From contig CM022673.1 in the NCBI GenBank assembly GCA_012295275.1, positions 13,640,001-13,704,000 on the forward strand: a DNA stretch of 64,000 bases, read 5' to 3'. Position numbers and translations under genes: made by a program. The stretch is from Chrysomallon squamiferum (lineage: Eukaryota; Animalia; Mollusca). Of the stretch, positions 56,279-64,000 are shown piece by piece (the stretch's first letter is position 1; every line of letters starts with the position of its first letter). The notes under the pieces are model-generated. The model was not told the origin of the DNA and searched no databases. It saw nothing but the letters and a program-made list of their open reading frames with translations.

Positions 56279-57427
56279 TGATGATGATGATGATAATGAT
56301 GATGATATTGGTGATGATGATTATGATAATAATAATAATAATAAAATAATAATAATAATAATACTATTAACAAAATATAATAATAAAAGTTGTGGTAATA
56401 GTAATATAAATAATAACAATAATAGTATTAATAATGATATTAATAATAATAATAATAATCATCATAATAATAATAATATAAATAATAATAATAATAACAA
56501 ACACATAACAATAATAATTAATGATGATAAAAATGGTAACAAGACTGAAGACTATACTTCTATATTATGTCAGTCAGAAAGAAAGACATTTTCATACAAA
56601 TTTAATAAAAAATCTATTACGGAGTACCGTTTAGAACAGGAAACAATGACAAAACTCACCAAACGATGTGATGACTCGGATGAGTTCAGAAGACTCGATG
56701 TAGCCGGATCTGTCAGTGTCGTGCTGACAGAAGACGTTGTGCCAGGAAACGAGACACTGCTGTAGTTCGAGAAACTCCTCCCACTGCATGAAACCGTCAT
56801 GTGACCTCTGACACAGGTCAAGAAAATATCTCGTTTTTCATTAATTTAACGTCCATGATTTAACTGAGGGTCTTAAAGATTAACAGGTATGTCTGTGATT
56901 ATGTGTATGTGTGTCTGGACCTGTATGTATAATTATGTGTATATAATTGTGTGTGTGCGCGTGTGTTTGTATGTATGTATGTGAACATGAATGCATGCAT
57001 TAGTGTATGTGTGGGTTAATGTATATATTTGTGTTTGTGTGCACTTAGTGTATAAAGTTATTTATTAATTAAAACAATAAAATAGACCGGGGAGTTGTAA
57101 AAGGATACATCCAACATGGCTATCATAATGCTGTGATGAAAATAATAATAAAAAAAAAGAATTAGAAAAAAATAACATTAAATATTTAAATTCTGCTTGA
57201 AATATTTTACAGAACTACAGTTTATTATTTGAATATTTTATATAACAGATATAACAATTAAATGTTTTAAGATATCTATTGTCTATTATTATCTATAATT
57301 TATAATTATCATGTTATTGATTATCTTTAGATCTTTAGAAGTATGGTATGTAGTTAAATATCAGAAAACAGTAATAAATAAGTATAACTTACCTACATAA
57401 TTCCCGACTCCAGTTAACTGTAATAAA

Positions 57428-57491
<64 letters not shown>

Positions 57492-58296
57492 GATGAAGAT
57501 TACAAACACTATTATTACTTGTAATAATTATAATAATAAAATTTGAAAATTAATCATAAAAATATTGAAAATAAATAAATAAATAAATACAATCAAAGAC
57601 TGAGTTATAATGTATCATAATATTATTGCTAATATATTGTTTTTCAATGGTAATAAAATATGTAAATAAATAGAACAACACAACATAATACAATAATTAT
57701 AATGCAACACTGTATACCCCCACAAAAAAAGTTACTTTAAAAAAAATAAATAAATGAAGTTAATTTTTATTTGTGCTTTTTCTGTTAAGAAATTAAATAC
57801 TAATTAATTAAAAATAAAAAATAAAATAAAATAGAAAGATTACCAACTTCTGAAATAGTTTCTGATGGATGGTGTGTTGTTGAGAATATTTACAAGATCT
57901 TCTGACTGGATTGCATTTCTGCGCTGTAAATAAAATTAGTTTTATATTTATTTAACTTCACTATTAGACAGATTAATTTTCTATCATTAATTTTTTTCTG
58001 TCATCAGTTATCATTTGTCAACCATTTGTTTCATGAAATTATTTGAAAATACTGATTAATTTTCTGTCATTAGTTACGGATTGAAACATTTGTTTAGCTA
58101 GATCACTAAAAAAATTGTTTAAATTTCTAATCAGTTATTGGATACATTTTATTGATGAAAGTACATTTTACACTAAAGTTAATTAATTTAATATTTTAGC
58201 AAATATCAAATATTACAAAATATATAAATTAATAAAAGTAGAAGCTGCAGCTTGTCTAAACTTTTTATGCAATAATATATATTTTAAATGATAACA

Positions 58297-58366
<70 letters not shown>

Positions 58367-59234
58367 AAGATAAACAACAAAAATAATCAGATAGTATTAA
58401 TATGTACAAATAATGTTTATTTATTATGATCTTTTTAAATCTTCTCTTATAGTAAAACAACACAAATAAACTGATATATACATATATTAACTGTGGTAAC
58501 TTACAGCATTTTCAGGATTTTTCTGCATTTCTGCAAAAAACACTTGCTGGAGGTCATTCACTGAATCAAACTGAAAGGCCTGGAAACACAAAGAAATAAA
58601 TAAGTTTGAAAAACGTATTCTTACATTTAGTAACAGTCAGCATATTTAATATTAAGTGTTAAATGTACAATTGTTATCAATTGTGATGACACATTAGCAA
58701 TAAAGAATCTTTATAAATATACTTTCTCATATACAGGATAGGACATACCAATCTATATAACTTTTAAGTCTCTCTTCTTCTCGTTATACAACTAATTTTA
58801 ATCATAAAACAGATAAATACATATATCAATGCACGCAATGAGGATTAATAAAATAAAATTAAATTAAATTAAAATTAAAATTAAAATTAAAATAATATTA
58901 AACCCGGAAATAACTTCACTATTCCATTTACAACATATCTGTTTATAAATCAACCGTAAAATCTATGTGACATCACATACCCTAATCTTTGATTAACATA
59001 ACTTTGATTTTATTATACCTGATGAGCTTGCACCGAGAAGACGTTTGACTGAATGTAGTTGCCGTACTGGCCGTAGTGTTGACTCGGCTGTTGCCACTGT
59101 TGATACGCGTTCATGTGCTGTTGTGAATAATTGTAAGCCTGGGGCTGTGGAGGTATCGGCATCTGCATCGGCGCCCCCATCTGCTGTGGATACATGGGTG
59201 GCAGCGGCGGCCCTGAATTGTACCCCTGATACAT
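55182..59234 (-). CDS. Penta-EF-hand calcium-binding protein, sorcin/grancalcin-like, ~262 aa; exons 59234-59019, 58579-58505, 57923-57848, 57417-57393, 57130-57109, 56807-56660, 56156-56028, 55559-55489, 55208-55182
   Basis: All nine exons join in frame at GT-AG sites: a Pro/Gln/Tyr/Gly-rich N-terminus, then ...INWSRELCSIMIAMLD RSHDGFMQWEEFLELQQCLVSWHNVFCQHDTDRSGYIESSELIRVITSFGYKISPQTLETILKRYS...IAFDDFVSLCVRLRAFTDAFRTRD...GRTMFEYDDFLRCVMCL*. This closely follows the sorcin pattern (CRLMVSMLDRD..., [37 protein letters not shown]). Confidence 0.92.
56808..57108 (-). other. U12-type (minor spliceosome) GT-AG intron, 301 nt
   Basis: 5' splice site GTATCCTTT; branch-site-like TTTCTTGAC with the A ~11 nt from the 3' AG and no polypyrimidine tract. 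Confidence 0.88.
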
Positions 59235-59448
59235 TTTAATAGTTAAATAAAACGTCAGAATTCCTAGTAGGTAACAAAAACAAGTTACAAAAGTACTTTT
59301 ACGTTTCTGAAGAGTTTAGCCAAGGGAAATAACTTAGTATAAGACTAGTGGATTATTTGCACATGTTCGTTTTATCAACGACCTTCTTGATTTTCATAAT
59401 ATGCAATTTTTGTATTATTATTCCTAAGTTGTTAGGGTTTTTTAGTAT

Positions 59449-59505
<57 letters not shown>

Positions 59506-60109
59506 GAAGAAGAAAACGAACAGAACTACATAACGGTGTCGGTGCTTAGAATTCGATTTCCAAAGTTCTTTGGTTCTGATTAAGAGTACATACCTCACCG
59601 GGCAGCTACTTTAGGCGCTGCAATGCCGACGATATTCAAAAACGAATTATATTATGGATATATACGAATACATATACAACATATATGAGTCAGTAAATAA
59701 AAATTGGAACAGCATTAGGTAGCAGTGTCATTTTCAGATTATCATTATAAAACAATAACATATTAGATACCAACTAATGTTAATTTATTTCAAAAGTCGA
59801 GATAACTTCATTTTGTTTAATGTACTTTTCAAAATGTAATTAATTCATTACAAACAACAAAACAACAACAACAACAACAACAACAATAATAATAATTAAT
59901 AAACAAATAAATAAATTAATTAATAAATATCATTTATATGCTGATGAAATTTAGAACTATTTTGCAATTTAATATGACCTCACTGTTAGGTTGAATTTTG
60001 AAATACGTTAAAATAATATTACTTTCACTAAAAACTAGATAATTACAATCCAAAATAAATGAATAAATGCATAAAAAACATGACGTAAATAAATGAATAA
60101 ATGTATACA

Positions 60110-60260
60110 AAGGATGATGTAATAAAAAAAGAAGGGAACGGAAACAACAACAGTTGTATGACGTCAGCTGTTTGGAATAAGTAGTTTGACAACAAAGGTC
60201 ATTTGAATTCCAGACGTCGAGATGTAAACTTGTGTACTTGTAGCTGAAATTCTTAACAGT
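60110..60260 (+). repeat. Dispersed repeat fragment shared with ~18905-19075
   Basis: Identical 32-mer AACAAAGGTCATTTGAATTCCAGACGTCGAGA plus similar flanks at both sites. Confidence 0.7.
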
Positions 60261-60631
60261 ATTTCTTCAGTGTTAAAGACTGAAAAAAAAAACGTCACCA
60301 GGGAGACATCACCGAGTATTGAAATATTCAAGAAATAAACACACTGTTTCAAGGAAGGTACTTTTGCAAAACTGAACCAGTTAAACGACTTGCGTAAATC
60401 ATTTTGAAAATCGAAACAAAATCGTTACCAATCAAAGGAACAGTAACTTTGAAAAAGTCTCCACTCAGGAGTTATCCCGGAGACAGCCTACTCTCTGGTA
60501 TACGGGAGTACTTGGAATGTGGAAACAAGGAAGAAATCGAGAAGGATAACTGATAAGCTGAGATCTCTGTTTTGGATTCACCATAGCAACCACGTCAACA
60601 AGCGTGTTAAGGCACCCACTGGACTGTCTTC

Positions 60632-60633
<2 letters not shown>

Positions 60634-60681
<48 letters not shown>

Positions 60682-61315
60682 TTAAGCGTTCTTCTGAGGT
60701 ACTTGCATGATTTATATATACGAGTGTGTGTTTGTATGCATGTATATTTATGCACACACACACACACACACGCTATTTCCAGACACGATACTCAGTATAT
60801 TGGTTAGCGCGTTTCATTTCCCTCGTTTCTGTGTGTGTATGTTTGTGCGTAACCAACTTGCTGAGCATTGCATCTTGAAATCATTAAATATATGTGTGTG
60901 GCGGTTATGGTTGTGTGTGTGTGTGTATATATATCTAGGTTTCTGTATACATATATTTATACATACGCAAATATGCAGTGAGATAGAGACACATACGAAC
61001 AAAGAGGTACACGTAAAGAGATATAACAACAACAACAATAACAATAACAGGAATACAAAGAAAAAGAGAGAAATAAACACAGATTATATGGAAGCACACA
61101 TACATATACACACAAACACACATATGCACACACCCACCCAAAACATACACAGACACACTTAAACACACAAATAATCCAATACACACAAACACTAATATAC
61201 AAAAAAAAACCAACACACATATACACACAAAAAACCTGACACACACAAACACACATATGCACACAAACATCCCAAACACACAAACACAAATATGCATACA
61301 AACACCCCCAACACA

Positions 61316-61363
<48 letters not shown>

Positions 61364-61675
61364 AACACCCCCAACACACACAAACACACAGGTACACATA
61401 GAAATAAACACCATACATACATCTGCGTGAAGAGACTCTCATACATACAACGCACATGCACAGATAAACAAACATACACATGCACATATTCAGTCATTCG
61501 TTCTTACACGTGAACACATCTATATACGTATACAAAAACGCGTACATATTTACAGACACATGTACTTGCTTCATTTATAAATATATATATTATATACATA
61601 TACGTACGTTAATACATACACACATGGTCATACACCAAAACACACATACACATATATATACGCACATACATTCAT
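60634..61675. repeat. (TG)n and degenerate CA-rich low-complexity tract
   Basis: Direct inspection; source of many spurious ORFs. Confidence 0.9.
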
Positions 61676-62023
61676 AAAGTAGAAGAAAACCTGATTTAAA
61701 CTGTAAAATGTTACTATTCTTTTGAAAATCTAGCTAAATACATCTAAGGTGAATTTTCCACAGATATTACTACTAAGTACAACAACTACTGTTACCATTA
61801 CTACAACAACTCAACTTCTATGCTCCTGAATTGTATTAAATTATTTATTTTTATATTATTCATGTACACATACCCATTACTATTATTATTATCGTTATTA
61901 TTATGATTATTATCAAGACATGTTTTCTCTTACTAATTATTAATTTATAAATTATAATGATCATAATCATTAATTATTTATTTAATTTATTAATTTATTA
62001 CTAATTAGTAATAGAAAAACGTC

Positions 62024-62077
<54 letters not shown>

Positions 62078-62837
62078 TAATAAAATAATAAAATAACAAT
62101 AAAAGCAATATATATATATATGTACATGAATAATAACAAAAATAATTTAATACAATTTAGTTCTGCAAGAACATCCATTAATAATATAACATACTAATGT
62201 TCATAATCGCCACACCTATAATATAATACTTTTATAATATAATATAATACTTTTATGTATTAGAAATAATGTAATCACAAAGCCATACAGAACGTATTGT
62301 GCAAATCATTAACCTTTCAAAACTAAAAAAAAAAAAACTAAAAACATTAGCTACTACAAAATGAATAAATTTAGCAAGACGGTTTCAATACAGTTATAAA
62401 AAATATTTTTCTGAAAAATTGCTACTAAAAGAATTTTGATTAAATTGAACTGGTATCGCTACCATATTATGAACAATTGAATTCACTGCACGTGTTAATG
62501 TATTGTTCAGGAAAGCAATAAAACAGAATGATAACTGTTTTGTGCGTGAAGCAATAAATATGTTGATGACACTCTCCGATATTAAGACATGTCGAAAATA
62601 CACCAATAACGAACATTCCATCATACGAAGCGAACAGATAAATAACTTATACGTAGATAACTTTTTGTTATACAGCTGTAATGTACTGAAAAATTTACAT
62701 GTGTTATTGTTAAATAGTTTATAACATAGAAAATTGTTTTTAATTAAGAATTTAACGGTTATTGACGATCATCCCTTCATTGTTAATACCCGTACTAAAG
62801 CCAGATCGGGTGAAGCAGTTTAATGGAGTTGTGCTGC

Positions 62838-62914
62838 TATATAAGAGATAACCGGATGGTTCCACTGGTTGGCGCATTCTCCAAAGTTCGCAAGAAAAAT
62901 ACTTTGTGAACAAG
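62838..62914 (+). promoter_or_regulatory. Putative TATA promoter and short 5' UTR exon
   Basis: TATATAAG at 62838-62845 in a locally GC-richer patch, followed by the donor-like AAG|GTTGGT at 62915. Confidence 0.45.
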
Positions 62915-63293
62915 GTTGGTATTTTGGTAAATTTTTTATATTACGTTTTAGTGGGTATATGTACGTATGTATGTGCAAAATGATTTTTAACTATCTGGCA
63001 ACAGTAAAATGAAATTTAAAACAAATGTTCTGCAAAAGATATATATATACGTTAATTAACACCAGAATCAATTGTGTTTTTAACTAATTAATAAATTAAT
63101 ATAATATAATTCTATTTTATTTCTTTTCATTTCAATTCGTTTCATTTTAAATTACTTTATTTATTTATTTATTTTATTTTATTTTATTTATTATTACTGT
63201 TATTTCTGTTAAGATTATTTTAAAAATATATGCTTTCTTTACAATGGCTGACATAGTATTTACAGATGATTCTAAACAGTTATTTTGTTTCAG

Positions 63294-63372
63294 ATGACGT
63301 CACCAATTCTATTTGTGTTTTTGATTGGATGTTTAATAATTTACCAACATGGAATAATGGCCAAAATGGTAG
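63294..63372 (+). CDS. Probable first coding exon (signal peptide) of a secreted or membrane protein continuing beyond the window
   Basis: TTTTGTTTCAG|ATG, then MTSPILFVFLIGCLIIYQHGIMAKM(V), then a donor at either |GTAGGT (63369) or G|GTAAAC (63373); hydrophobic core typical of a signal peptide. Confidence 0.5.
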
Positions 63373-64000
63373 GTAAACCTTTATAATTAAATAATTAGGT
63401 ATGACTAATGTTTTAAATAAATGGATGTTAATCATAAAATTGATAGTACCCGTTGTTAAATAACTATATAAATTATTTTAACATAACATATTATTGACAT
63501 TAAATAAAACATTAATAACTAACTGTAAACTATAAAATTAAATAATTAGGTATGTAAATAACTAATTCAGGGGACAAGTGTTAAAATGGATACATCAAAA
63601 CCTTTTTTAAATAGTAATAAATTCATGTTGTTAATGATTAATTAAAAAAAAAAAAACACCATGAGCTTGTAGCACAGTCAATTGAATGTAAGATATCAAC
63701 ATTTTAAAAATAATACTTTCACAAAGAGACAAATCAACCCTTTAATAGGAGACAGTCTTGTTTGTTTTGATGATGGTTGTCAGACCTTCAGATTAAAATA
63801 GTATTCTCTTTTTAAATAAATTAAAATACTTTTTTTTTTTTTTTAATGTAAACACTTGGTAAACCAGTTTTGTCTTTCATAAGTTATATAAAACTTCGAA
63901 TAAGCAATTTTAAAATATCAACTATTTCTATATATACATATATTTATAGAGAACCTGGCTGAGCGACGTATGACTAAATATTCTATATCGGGTCACACTT

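Noticed and set aside
60455-60680. Possible LINE (RTE-like) 3' end preceding a (TG)n tail
   Set aside because: Composition is suggestive, but I could not identify any reverse-transcriptase motif.
60707-61677. Cys/Val- or His/Thr-rich ORFs
   Set aside because: Low-complexity CA/TG tract.

Overview
AT-rich, microsatellite-dense invertebrate animal DNA (intron-containing genes and a mosaic CpG pattern; a mollusc or other lophotrochozoan is my guess, not proven). Left to right: (1) the last coding segment of an NR1-type nuclear receptor, followed by ~10.5 kb of CpG-depleted non-coding DNA that contains a Tigger/pogo-like MITE; (2) six intact DXD-type GT32-like (alpha-1,4-glycosyltransferase/A4GNT-like) type II membrane glycosyltransferase genes, five on + and one inverted. 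Copies 2-4 lie in recent ~5.8-kb tandem duplications whose junctions appear to fall inside decayed Tc1 transposons. The six genes are mosaics of each other: a homogenised Cys-rich stem, with exchanged or variable patches in the catalytic half; (3) a 9-exon sorcin/grancalcin-like penta-EF-hand gene on the minus strand, largely missed by the ORF track, with two micro-exons and a U12-type minor intron; (4) the probable TATA promoter and signal-peptide exon of a secreted-protein gene at the right end. Most other ORF-track entries are microsatellite or shadow ORFs. All alignments and counts were done by eye.
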